This document shows, in pieces, positions 24,789 through 37,030 of a stretch of DNA of 64,000 nucleotides. Below the pieces are notes generated by a model that had not been told where the DNA came from, searched no databases, and saw only the letters and a program-made list of their open reading frames with translations. This DNA comes from Somniosus microcephalus (Eukaryota). The stretch spans positions 130,386,001 through 130,450,000 of the forward strand of contig CM126204.1 of the NCBI GenBank assembly GCA_052327205.1. The letters run 5' to 3'. Both the position numbers and the translations under genes were made by a program. How positions within the stretch are numbered: the stretch's first letter is position 1; the number at the start of each line of letters is the position of its first letter.

Positions 24789-26040
24789 TGACGCTGACCA
24801 AGCCAGAGTGAGAGACGCCGCGTCTCAGCTGCTCCTGCTGCGCGCGCGGCCCCCCCCGAGGGTCGCGGCCCCCCCGAGGGTCGCGGCCGCCCCCCCTCCC
24901 CCCGAGGTGAAGACCGCCGATTGCGCCCGTTGCCAGGGTAACGCTGGACGCTCAGCAAGCCCCGGCAGAGAGAGACGTCTCAGCTCCTGCTGCGCGCGCA
25001 CCCTAGCGGCGCTGGGCTGAGGCTCGGCCCTCCAGCCTTCGAGTGGGGCCGGGAGGTGCCTAGCTCGGGCGTGGGTGCGGAGGAGACGCCGAGGCTTCTA
25101 GGCCTACCTGGAAAAACGGGGAAAGGTAGGAAAATTAATGAGATTAGATAAGTTAATTACTTTCTAAATCATTTTTTAAAAAACAATATGTGTTTTAAAA
25201 GCAACGTTTTTTTTTAAGACGCAGAAAGCGGGAAAAAGAAAGGAAAAGTTTGGAATCAAGATGGCGGCGACTCACCTCGGTTGAGAACGATAAAGCCCGG
25301 CCACACGCGCACCGATTGGCCCGGCGGCACACGCCAGCAACCCGGCGTACGATTGTTCGAGCTCGAGGTCACTCTGTCGCTAATGAGTGGATAATGAGAT
25401 GCTAATGAGCGGAATGTTGAAGGTTTTTGGGATACCGCGGGCGCAATTTTAGCCCGGCCGAAACGTAAATACGCTTAAAACCGTCTCGGAAGCGTAAGCT
25501 TTCTTTGGAGGTAACGCGCGCGTAGGTACGCCCTGTAACTTTCGAGTGCATACCCGCAACGCACACGCGATGACAGACAGATAGACAGATAGACAGAATG
25601 ACAGAAGTACCGATTTATATATATAGATAGAAAGTAAAAACCTTAATCACATGAGATTAAACCAAATCTTAAACCTACTTATGTATCTATACACGTCTAG
25701 GGTATCTTACAGTCTCATTACAATGTGGGTTCCACCATTAACCCCCGGACCCTGGGAAAGCCAGTTGGCCTGTAGAATGACATACTGCGCCTGTTGGAAA
25801 ATGGCAAAATTGATGCAGCTATGGATTTAAAACTGGTGCAACATACCTAGTACTAGTTCAGAAGGAGCCCGACATGTACAAACAGAAGGCTGAGGTGCTT
25901 TTGGTGGCTTTTGCACTATTGACAGTGTCTGGAGATTTTACTGAAGGAGGTGAGAACTCTGTCACAGACCTCCTGCATAAACCTCAGCCTCCAAGGCGAC
26001 ATCCATCCCCAACAGCCGTGTCTGAGACCGTAGACACACA

Positions 26041-26765
26041 GACCTGGAGCTTCCGCATGGTTGCACTGCTTTTTCAGCGCAATTCACCCCAAATCAACTA
26101 AACCAGTGCAAAAGATCGTGAAATTTCAAGTGCAAATTACGCCCAGTGCAAATTGAGTTTCCGCGAACTTTTGCACTGGTTTAAAAAAAATCGCACTAGA
26201 AGCCCACAAAACTGGTCACGTCCCCAGATCAAATTAATCACCATGGCGAGTTTCCGCTCATTGCGCCCGTTTGCGGACCTTCGAGTAGACTCTTAACATT
26301 AAGCTTTTTTTTAGGCTCAAGGACATTAATAGTCACCTTTTAAAAGCTTTCAAATATATTTGTTTTACTTTACTAAGAAACTGACTACTGTACACCAATG
26401 TAACTAGCAAATGGTTCTGTATAGTTTCTTAAAGTCATTTTCAGTGATTTAAAATTGGGTTAATCACAGGTGGTGGACTCGACACTGATTAAAAATGCTT
26501 AGTTTTTGTGATAAACCCATTTTCAGCTGTATTAATAAAGCTGCACCAGGTTACCACTCTTAAATATAAAAAGGAATACTTTAAAAAGCAAAATTTAAAA
26601 AAAAAATTATGTTTGAAAATGTTGCCCGATTGTGCTGGTTCATGGCACATTTTATGTTCGGCGATATGCAACTTGAGAAAAAGAAACACTTCTCAAAACT
26701 AGCTCAATTTTGAGCGCAATTTGAGCCCGGATCGCCGATCACACCCAAAGCAGAAACTTTACCCC
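26041..26765. mobile_element. Harbinger-type MITE with degenerate TIRs
   Basis: Ends gacctggagcttccgc / gcagaaactttacccc; aca on both flanks; interrupts the old transposase 5' region. Confidence 0.55.
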
Positions 26766-28039
26766 ACACTGTGTTGCATACCGGCAAGACCTGATTGCAT
26801 GCTGTGCGTGCCAACTGACACCATGCCCTTGTTGGTCCATCTCAGCCGAATGCAGTGATGGCAGTGAATCCAATGTCCAGCTTCTAGCTTAACTATACAG
26901 CTGGTTCCCTGACCAGTAGTATGCAAGTCTCGGCTACAAAGTTGGTTTCATGTGAGGACTGGCAACTCAACACGGGCATTGCATGAACCTCGGAGCATGG
27001 TGCACTTTGGATTTGATTAGCCATTACCCCGACAATAACGACTCGAAGAAGCCTAATGCATATCTTCAGTACTGTAGCACCCCCAAAGCTACCTCCAAGC
27101 AGCGACATAGCTTTCTCTCCAACGGCAACAACTTCAAGGCTATCAGTCTAGTTTTACAAGTCAGTTACAATTCTATTTTCCAATATTAGATGAGAAAAAG
27201 CCCAACTAATTATTGACAGGTCTGCCATGAAAGGTAGTTATGGAGGCATGGCCGGTAGTTATGGAGGTATGTCAGCTAGCAAACAAGTGCAACCTGTAAG
27301 CAGTGATTTAGCTGTGTGCCAAGATTTCCCGGAAAATAGCAGTGGTCTCTATGTGTTGTGGAATTTATTTTTACTCTCCCACATACGATTTGTCACTTTA
27401 ATTTGACACAACATCATCATGGCCTTCAATGTGATGGAAACATAGCTTGTTTCAAGTGATTTATCCCCCCGCTGTTGAGCAAAAGCTTTTCATATATAAT
27501 GCACAGAACATTTTTATAAGGTTATTAAGTCCCATTTTTTAACACAGAGAAAACCAGCAAGCCTTATTGCATCGTATACCTTATGGTATTTTTTTCTTTT
27601 TTTTCTTCTGTAATTTTCCCTCTGATTTTGTTTTCCACTCACTTCTTCTCTCCGAAAGACACGGGGCATGCTGGGATACAGTTCCACAGCTGCCAGTAGT
27701 CTTGTACATATTTCTTTCTACAAAAGAAAGGCCATACTTTAGAAATATTGACACGCAGCAGCAATTAGAATTTTGTGCTTAGTTATAATATAAAACAAAA
27801 AGAAATTTAAACGATTATTGGGAGCAAACATCTCAGACATCCTTAGCGCAATGCATTGAATACAACTTAGTGAGCAATAATTAATTCATGACATTCAATT
27901 TCTATCATGCCCAGATGAAGACATGAGAGGGATCAAACAAACAGTGACTACAGATTACGTACTCTGCTTTTGACCCATTGATTTCATTCTACATCAAGGC
28001 AAGTAGTATTTAATATTTTAAAGATTGTTTCTATGCATG

Positions 28040-28400
28040 ATGTCCTGGTCAATATTTATCCCTCATCCAATATCACTAAAACAGATTGGCCTAAAAGTAG
28101 TCCCGGGCAGTGGCATAAAATGGGCAGTATCAGATCGGCTGCCCATTATATGCAGTGACTGATATTCAGTTGCATTGACTGCCGATCCAATACTGCCCCT
28201 CTTGCGCCACTGCCCGAGATGAATTGCTAGCCCATTGTGGGAGCTTGCTGTGCACAAATTGCCTGCCTCACTTCCTACATTAGAACAGTGACTACACATC
28301 AAAAAAAGTACTTAAAAAAGTACTTACTTCATTGTCTGTAAAGCGCTTTGGGATTTCGTGAGGTTGTGAAATGTGCTACAGAAATGCAGGTCCTTTCCTT
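28040..28400 (+). mobile_element. SINE 3' half interrupted by a foldback MITE (28088-28233)
   Basis: tgtcctggtcaatatttatccctca... resumes at ttgtgggagcttgctgtgcacaaatt; the insert matches the 19865 MITE. Confidence 0.75.
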
Positions 28401-28607
28401 CTTTTATGTGTTCCCATCACAGAAAGTACAAGCTTTTCCAAGTAACTATATAACCAAATTCAAACAAATCCCTCTGAGCTCCTTTAGTCCTATACTTGTT
28501 AATTTTATTTATTTTTATATGCAACGTGTACACATTTTTTAGGCTGCATTTCCTGTTTAACCTGATCCCTCCCCATTATGATATCACCAGTCCCTGGACT
28601 TCCTCAG

Positions 28608-31600
28608 TGTGGTGTATGTAACCTGTTCCACCTTAAGAGAACTTAAGCCTGTTCCACCTTAAGAGATGTACTACTTTCTCTGGCTGCTGTATACGTAATA
28701 CCGGTGGTGACCACCGGTATATAAGTACTGTGTAGTGATATTGTATTTAGTATAGTCCTGACCTCCAACTAGTAAAGACCTGTTGAACTTTATTCTTGTA
28801 GTCTGTGTCAGTAATTAATCTTAATACAACTGGAACACACAGACTTAACAGTGGCGATGAGTCCGATTCTTACCCTGCGGCAGTTTATATCCACGGCGGC
28901 TTCGTCCACAGAACGGGCGTCGAAGAGAGGCATCCACCCTCATCACCCTGCTGGAAGACACGTCGCGCGGCAGGCATCGAGAACCCGGAGTGCAGAAGAC
29001 ATCCTGAACTTGAAGCCTCCATCAGCGGCAGTCAGCTATCTTCTTTCTACCTCGGTGGTGGGTAAGCCGGTCAGCGACGCGAGCAGAAAGTCGGCCGCGT
29101 TGGCTGTACAGATGGGGGGAGGAAGACGGAGGAATAAGGGCGGTGAGATCGATCGCGACCGGAGATAAGGGCCGGGCCGCTTTCGGGCCAAAAAGGCGCA
29201 GCGTCTGGGGCGACTGAAGGCGCGAGAGCCGCGGTGAAGGCGAACGCAGCCGGTGCTAATAACCGGGCTGCAAGAAGGGCTGCGAGGTGCGACATCGGGG
29301 AAGCGCGAATGCCCGAGGGAGCCGCGGCGAAGCGGAGACAGCGTCGGGGGAGTTACTAACCACTGGGAAAGGGGAGCAGCAGCGGCACGCCAAACGCCAT
29401 TGCAGCCAGTGGGTGAAGACCGCCAAGCGCGGGAAAACTGCCATTTTGTAGGCGGAGGACGAAGACAAGAGCGGGAAGCCGCCATCTTGGGATAAAATAA
29501 ATTGCAACGATGCCTAAACATGGGAACATTAATACCTTTGATAGCGACATCGAAGATTGGGCCATGTATGTAGAACGCATACAAAATTATTGTAAAGCAA
29601 ATAAAATCCCAGATGCAGAGAAAGCACTAACTTTATTAAACTTAATGGGTGCGAAGACATACGGGCAATTGAAACACCTTTTATCACCAGATGAACCGGC
29701 GGATAAGACGTTCGAGGAGATTGTTACTGTCCTGAAAAATCATCTAAACCCCACGCCGCTGATGCTAGCGGAACGATTTAAATTTTACAGCAGAAGGCAG
29801 CTGAAGGATGAAAGCAATGCTGAGTATTTAATGGAATTGCGTAAGCTAGCAAAGTACTGTCAGTTTGGAACGGGACTAACAGACGCGCTAAGAGATAAAT
29901 TTGTGTGTGGATTATTAAAAGAAGATACACAAAAGCGACTGCTCGAGGAGAATGAGCTGACGCTTGAGAAAGCGGTCACTATGGCAGCAGCACACGAAGC
30001 CGCAGCGAGAGGCACGGCAGTAATGCAGCTACGGTCACCGGAACTCAGTACAAATAAATTGGGTTTGAGTAGTGTAAAATGTTATCGTTGTGGAAAGACA
30101 ACACACGATCAGAACCAGTGTTGGTTTAAAAACCAAGAATGCAGAATGTGTGGCAGGCTTGGCCACATAGCTAAAGTATGCCGGTCAGGAAAGAAGACCA
30201 GCAACAAAACGTCACCGCAAGGAAAATACATAAAGGTGCACAAGGTGACAAAGACCAGTTCGAACGAACAGAAGTCAGATTCAGACGCTAGCAGTAATGA
30301 ACTGGGTAGCTTAAGAGTACACAACGTTGGTAAGGATGCAGATCTCCAGACAATTTGGGTCACTCTTCAGATAGCAGGAGTCCAAGTAAAGATGGAATTG
30401 GACACTGGATCAGCACTGACGGTCATGAATAAGAAAGATTACAAAAGGTTATTCCAACATATTCCCCTACGGGATACGGAGATTATATTGAAAACATACA
30501 CGGGGCAAAGAGTGTACCCCATCGGAAAGATAGAGGTAAAAGTGGTCCACAAGGGTGAAGAAAGCCAAGTAATGGACTTATATGTGCTACCTGAAGGAGG
30601 TCCACCACTACTGGGACGGGAGTGGATTAGGAAAATGAATATGGACTGGCACTCCTTGAAAGCACTAACGGTAGATTCCGGGGAAACAGATGTCAAACCG
30701 AAACGATTGTCCAAAATATTGGATGATGCTAAAGAGGTGTTCCAGCAAGGACTGGGAACACTGAAAGGAATTACGGCAAACATCAAGATTGATGAACATG
30801 CACAACCAAAATTTTTCAAAGCCAGACCGGTACCCTATGCAATACGACCTACTGTAGAAGCGGAACTGGAAGCGCTAGAACGTTCAGGTGTACTGTCTAA
30901 GGTAGATTGGAGTGAGTGGGCTACGCCCATTGTTCCCGTTATGAAACGTCCTTCGAGCAACAAGCCAGGAGAACCAGGGAAGGTTCGCATCTGTGGAGAT
31001 TTCAAGATCACCGTTAGTCCGGTGCTTCACACGGTGCAGTATCCACTTCCGCGGATTGAGGATATTTTTGCTTCGTTGTCTGGCGGGAAACACTTCACCA
31101 AGATAGACTTGGCGCAGGCGTACTTGCAGATGGAGGTTGAAGAAGAGTCACGCCAGTACCTCACGATCAACACGCATAGAGGTTTGTACCGGTATAATAG
31201 GCTGGTTATTGGAGTGGCATCAGCTCCGGCAATTTGGCAGAGGGCCATGGAGCAGGTATTACAGGGAATTCCAGGCACACAATGTTACCTGGACAATATT
31301 CTGATTACAGGTGACGGTGATGAAGAACACCTCGCAAACTTGGAACTGGTGCTCAACAGACTGAAAGAGTATGGACTTAGAGTTAATCGGCAGAAATGTG
31401 AGTTCTTTTAGAAGCGGATCTCATACTGTGGTCATGTCATTGACCGGGAGGGGCTTCATAAGTCTCCTGACAAGATAGAGGCAGTTGTAAAGGCTCCCGC
31501 TCCGGATAATGTCTCTCAGTTGAGGTCATTTCTGGGATTGATTAACTATTACCATAAGTTTCTACCGAATCTATCCACGGTACTGCACCCGCTGAACGCT

Positions 31601-33792
31601 CTTTTACAGAAGGGGGTACCATGGGAATGGAGCGAATACTGTAAGAAGGCATTTCGCAAAAGCAAAGAATTGATCACCTCAGAGGAAGTGTTGGCTCACT
31701 TCAACCCGACACTGCCTATTCGGTTGGCTTGTGATGCTTCTCCATATGGTATTGGGGCAGTACTCTCACACAAGTTGCCAAATGGCACGGAAAGGCCAGT
31801 CGCGTTTGCATCCAGATCATTGACCTCCGCTGAGCGCAACTATGCGCAGATCGATAGGGAGGCTCTCAGCCTTGTATGGGGAGTGAAGAAGTTTAATCAT
31901 TATCTGCAGGGCCAAAAATTCACACTTCTGACAGACCATCAGCCGTTGGTATCCATTTTTAACCCTAAGAAGGGTGTTTCGGTGATGACAGCACAGCGAC
32001 TCCAGAGATGATCCCTTTTCCTAGGGGCACATCAATATCAAATAGAATTCAAAGGTACAAAGCAGCATGGCAATGCTGATGGGCTGTCGCGCCTGCCACT
32101 ACCTGAAGCGGAAGAGACGACGAAAGTTGACCCTGTTGAGTTATTTCATTCGACCATCATCAAGTGTTTACCAGTCACCAATGCAAGTATTGAAAGAGAA
32201 ACCAGGAACGACCCGACACTGTCCCGAGTTTACGAGGTGACAGTGAAGGGATGGCCAACACATGGTGATCCTCTGTTACCGGCATTCTCGGCAAGGCGAG
32301 ACCAGCTGTCCGTCTGCTATGGTACTTTGATGTACGGGACAAGAGTGATTATTCCTCCCAAGTTACGGGAAAGAGTTCTAAAGGAACTGCATGAAGGTCA
32401 TCTGGGGGGAGTTAAGATGAAAAGTCTTGCTAGGGCTTATGTATGGTGGCCGGGCATTGACCAACAGATAGAGGAGTTGACAAAAAGCTGCGCTGGGTGC
32501 CAAAAAGTGCAAAATGCACCTCCGATCGCACCGCTACACCCATGGGAATGGCCTTCAGCCCCATGGCAACGCGTACATATTGACTTTGCTGGTCCATTCA
32601 TGGACTCCATGTTCCTAATTGCGGTGGACGCACATTCCAAATGGCCAGAAGTGATCAAGATGAATACCACTACTTCAGAAAAGACAATTGCGTTGTTAAG
32701 AACAATATTCGCAAGGAACGGATTGCCAGAACAGATATGTTCGGACAACGGACCACAGTTCGTGTCGGAAGAATTCCAAAAATTCTTAAAGAAGAATGGG
32801 GTGAAACATTATACCTCTGCCCCATATCATCCGGTGACAAACGGGTTGGCCGAGAGATTTGTCCAAACATTCAAAAAGGCAATAAAGGCCATGAACGATG
32901 ATCAGATTCCGTTACAACACAAGGTGGACAATTTCCTAATGGCATATCGAAACGCCGCTCATGCAGTGACTAACCAAAGACCTGCCATGATGTTTTATAA
33001 CAGGAGGTTGCGGTCCAGGTTGGACTTGTTAAAACCAAATGTGCGGAGGGAAGTGGAAAACAAACAGTTCCGGCATATTAATAACAAGTCCACTCGAAGT
33101 TTCGACGTAGGACAACCAGTGTTGGCAAGGGGCTATGGAAACGAAAAATGGCAGTCCGGAACAATTCGGGCCAGACAAGGACCTCTGATGTACACAGTAG
33201 ATATTGGTAACAATGTGATAAGGCGTCATGCGGATCAACTGGTAGAATCAAGAGCAAGGGACGAACCCATGGTTGCGACAGAGACAACTGTGGAAGACGT
33301 TAATGAACCTGAAGCATCTACCTCGGCAGGGACTGTACCTGATGATGACGTCCAATACATAGGAAACCAACAAGAAGAGTCACCTCAGCAACAAGAATCA
33401 GAGACCACTGAAAGGCGTTATCCAAACCGAATCAGAAGGCCTCCTGAGAGACTGAACCTTTGAACTGTTTATACCTGAAGTTATATATGTATATATGTTA
33501 TTATGTTATGTTAAATGGGGATATGACTGTTAAGCTAAAAAGGGAGGATTGTGGTGTATGTAACCTGTTCCACCTTAAGAGAACTTAAGCCTGTTCCACC
33601 TTAAGAGATGTACTACTTTCTCTGGCTGCTGTATACGTAATACCGGTGGTGACCACCGGTATATAAGTACTGTGTAGTGATATTGTATTTAGTATAGTCC
33701 TGACCTCCAACTAGTAAAGACCTGTTGAACTTTATTCTTGTAGTCTGTGTCAGTAATTAATCTTAATACAACTGGAACACACAGACTTAACA
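28608..33792 (+). mobile_element. Full-length Gypsy LTR retrotransposon A (Mag / K02A2.6-like)
   Basis: 243-bp TG..CA LTRs at 28608-28850 and 33550-33792 (identical by eye); TSD ctcag; PBS tggcgatgag at 28852; PPT aaaaagggagga. Confidence 0.97.
29510..33463 (+). pseudogene. Gag-Pol polyprotein of Gypsy A (single frame, two internal stops)
   Basis: Zinc knuckles CYRCG..H..C and CRMCG..GH..C, protease LDTGS, RT (IDLAQAY, YLDN), RNase H (CDASPYG), integrase (H..H..C..C, HIDFAGP, SDNGPQF, NGLAER). ORFs 29510, 31520 and 32237 share a frame; stops are at 31409 (TAG) and 32009 (TGA). Confidence 0.95.
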
Positions 33793-34035
33793 CTCAGTGT
33801 AAGTGGACAACCTTCGACCAAGCCTGTGTAAATGCCAGTCACCCTATAGGCTTGCAACAGAGGTCCTGTGATTCCTCCTCTTCCGATTTTTCCTCTCCTA
33901 CAGGACGGAATGCCAATTTGGAGCGGGGGAGAGGAAATCTGGCACATCTCACTTTGGTTAAAATCAGCCAGCACCTCTTCAAGGGAAGGTGCACTATGGC
34001 TGTACACAACAAGGAAACTTCGGAAATCGATAAAA

Positions 34036-34690
34036 ATGGCTGGGAGAGGGGCAGAGAGGGCGCCCATGTTCTCTGATGCAGGGTTAGAGGCCCTGGTCCA
34101 GGTGATGGACAGGGGACAGAAAGCCCTCCAGGCAACATCTTCACCACCAGGGTGAAGAGGTCACTAAGGAGGTCAATGCCAGGAGCTTAGTTCCCAGGAC
34201 ATGGCTGCAATGCCAAAAGAAGTTCAATGACCTCACTAGAGTTGTCAAGGTAAGAATACTGCTCTCTTACTCACTGCTCACACCTCACAACTCCACTATC
34301 ACAAGACTCCCCTCCTTCGCTTCCCTTCACTCTCCCACAATCACTGCACCACATGTCACTTCACCTCATTCTTCTAATAGGCACACACTCACCACTATTG
34401 CAACCATCATTTCCCCACACCTCACATCTTACACACTGCATATCAACAATTCCCCATGACAGGCACATTCTCTAAACAACTCACAAGGATGTCACCAACG
34501 CACTCCCTTCTTTCTTGCAGGAGGAGGTTGCGCCCAACCTGTGCCAGGAGACTGGCAGTGGAGGAGGCCGAACCCGCCTTCACATCCTCTCCCCTGTGGA
34601 AAGAAACATGCTGGTCATCATGGGATGGGGGAGAGTCACACCCGTATCGAGTGGCAAAGCTGGAGGAAATGTTGCTCAGGGCTTCTTCAC
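34036..34690 (+). pseudogene. Harbinger Myb/SANT-like gene remnant (exon 1 34036-34249, exon 2 from 34521)
   Basis: MAGRGAERAPMFSDAGLEALV...EEVTKEVNARSLVPRTWLQCQKKFNDLTRVVK|gtaag; acceptor ttcttgcag; same intron position as the 49666 gene. Confidence 0.8.
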
Positions 34691-34897
34691 ACCTTATCCT
34701 CTTCCCCTGTTCATTTGCCATTATTACCCACCGCAAATTCCGAGCCAATAACAGTGACTATACTTCAAAAGTGATTGATTGACAGACGTTCTACAAACAT
34801 GAAAGGCAATTTCTTCCTTTCTCTAAAATATTGAGGTAATATAATTAAATGCAAGTCGCATTAGTCTTTACACAGAACAGGCGCATGAGAAGATTTA

Positions 34898-35170
34898 CAG
34901 AAATAAAAACTGAGAAAGCGGGGAATCCAGTCAGCATCTGAAAGAGAAAGGCATGTTAGTGCCTCACAGAAAATGCTGAAGACACTCTGCAGGACAGGTG
35001 GCATCTTTGATGAGAGAAACAGAGTTGATGTTTCGGGTCTGACGAAAGGTCAGCGACATTGAAATGTTAACTCTGTTTCGCTCTCCACAGAGGCTGCCTG
35101 ACCTGCTGAGTGTTTCCAGCATTTTCTGTTTTTATTTCAGATTTCCAGCATCCGCAGTATTTTGTTTTGG
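34898..35170. mobile_element. Penelope-like terminal repeats, inverted
   Basis: Same repeat as at 13868 and 14432, in both orientations; degenerate ctgacga..gaaa core at about 35038. Confidence 0.7.
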
Positions 35171-35999
35171 TTGAGGTTAGTGTTTCAGTTGAGAGCTTTT
35201 ATCAGTCACCAGCTGAGGGCATCCCATGAGCATTCGCAGTGTGCCTATTTCAGTTGTATACCACCCTCAACACAGGAACCGAGACTTGGAAAATCTGCAG
35301 GTTAGGGTTGATGAATCCACAATTGACAGGGCATAGTATACAGGGGTGTGCACCAATTCTCTTTCTCACCCGGCCCTTTGCGCCAGTTGAAAGAAAAACA
35401 AACAAGAGGGTAAGAACAGTGAGAAAGACATTGTCCACTTCATACCTTTCCATCGTATTTGATTTCAGAGTGCGATAAGATGTTAGGCTCATAGGAGTGG
35501 GTGAGACAGCTGAATGTGCTTTACAGACTAGAGATTCCAGATTGGCTGCTTAATTATTGTCATAAATCATCCTTTTGTTATTTGTTGTGGTCTACCACCT
35601 ACAAAATTGCCTTTTCATCATGAACCAATCCATGGTGTCTCTGTAATACTTTTTGTGAGTGTTCAAGTAAACAGCGTTCTAAAAAGTAATGAAAAAAAAG
35701 TGGAGCTAAAAATAGCCTCATATATCGTTATCAAATACTGACTATTGTGAAATGTTAATCGTCCCTCTGGTAATCAGTCATGGGGCACAGACCAGCCTGT
35801 CACAGAGTCCCTAATCGGTGCCCGTATGCTACCTTTATGACTGTGAGTGATTCTGCAAAATGGTACAACAGTAAAGAGCTACAGTAACACTTTTGGAGGA
35901 TTAGTCCATGCAGAGTGAAGACTTTTGCCTTCATTCTCTCATGTTTAACCCCCTCCCCCCATGTTTAGGAGTCCCAGTGCAACACTTTAAGTGAAAATT

Positions 36000-36190
36000 C
36001 TGGAAGCATTCATCCGGCTAGGCAACAACTGTGGAGAGAACAGAGTAGTTGACATTTTGGGTGTGGAACCCTTGATAAAGGTCCGACACCAGAAATGTCA
36101 GCTCCTCTGTTGCCTGACCTGCTGAGTGCTTTCAGCGCTTTTTGTATTTGTTTCATATTTCCAGCATCTGCAGTTCTTTTGTGGCTTTTT
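36000..36190. mobile_element. Degenerate Penelope-like terminal repeat pair
   Basis: tgcctgacctgctgagtgctttcagcgctttttgtatttgtttcatatttccagcatctgcag. Confidence 0.55.
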
Positions 36191-36679
36191 GCAACTCCTT
36201 GGCTGTCTGTTAGGAGCTATGCAAAAATACAATCGTGGGGTGCCTCGCCATTTAGTTTCTCCTCCCTTACTACTGAACCACACTGGCAAAATTCTGTGCT
36301 TCATGATGGGGTGAAATTGAGAATTTGCCTTATTGGGAGTCACATAAAGAACCCCCTGTCCTACCACTGTGTACTCAGCAACACAGGCACAGCTCAATAC
36401 CAATATCAATAGCTTCTTTTAATGCACTTTTAGATTGCACTATATTTTCTACTTAAAAAAGACATTTCCTTTTTGCTGTTTCACAGGCTGATAATTTTAT
36501 CACCAGCAGCCATTTTCTGCAATGCCTGAAACACCTCTGTGCAGCTGTGTCACTCTACAAGTGTGACAGGTGTAATGATGTGAGTATATCTCAGTACTGA
36601 CTGAGTTGACAGGTATACCCCTGTCAGTGTGTCATCGTTTCAAAAACCCATATTTTCCCCTTTCATTTCTGAGCGTATA

Positions 36680-37030
36680 ATCGAGGCTGACACTTCATTA
36701 CAGTACTGAGGGACTGCTGCACTGTCAGAGGTGTCATCCTTTGGGTGAGACATTAAACTGAGGCACAGACTCCATTTTTTGATAGTTCAAGTGGACGTTT
36801 AGATCCCATTCAAAGAAGAGTAGGGAATTCTCCTGGTGTCATGACCAACATTCATTTCTCAATCAAAGCCATCAAAAGAAAATGGTCATTCATCCCAGTC
36901 AGTGTTTGTGGGACAATGGCTACTGCATTTGCCTACTTAACAACAGTGACTGCACTTCAAAGCAACTCATTGTTTGTAAAGCACTTTGGCACATCTCTGA
37001 GAGTTGTGACGAATGTTTCCATCTTTCCTT
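36680..37030 (+). mobile_element. Degraded DeuSINE-type SINE
   Basis: aggctgacact..cagtactgagggactgctgcactgtcagaggtg..gtaaagcactttgg. Confidence 0.7.

Larger units (their letters stand above)
24157..25627 (-). mobile_element. Non-autonomous Helitron
   Basis: Minus strand begins A|TCTATATATATAAA followed by a (CTGT/CTAT)n tract and ends gcctcggc-acc-gccgggc (hairpin)-agttcag-CTAG|T. It sits between A and T with no TSD. Confidence 0.85.
23577..25711 (-). mobile_element. Solo LTR (about 664 bp without the Helitron) inserted in the Harbinger transposase remnant
   Basis: Termini TGTAAGA...TCTTACA; flanks gcct/gtct (4-bp TSD, 1 mismatch); removing it restores the transposase reading frame. Orientation is inferred from a minus-strand ATTAAA about 50 nt from the left end. 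Confidence 0.75.
20598..27330. mobile_element. Old, fragmented Harbinger element: Myb-like remnants on + (20598-21860) and transposase remnant on - (about 23220-23576 plus 25712-26030), with nested insertions
   Basis: After removing the inserts, the minus strand reads WRLRF..VTE..HLLQ..SGSF..GFPRV.G..GGTHIVMR|PSGNTAVPHMNHRGFYSLHD*LVSDHQ...RYNE..IIEHTIGILKQ..LD.SRRAL*YS, collinear with the 46262-47410 transposase. Outer boundaries are uncertain. Confidence 0.7.

Noticed and set aside
24030-25020. Six overlapping long Pro/Gly/Arg-rich ORFs
   Set aside because: Artefacts of G-rich low complexity and an N gap inside a Helitron.
29036-29584. Antisense ORF in the Gypsy A leader
   Set aside because: The GC-rich leader is poor in stop codons; no domain is recognisable and no matching ORF is evident in sister element B.
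31409-31411. Programmed gag-pol stop read-through
   Set aside because: The TAG is inside RT, not at the gag/pol junction, and sister element B has a sense codon there.
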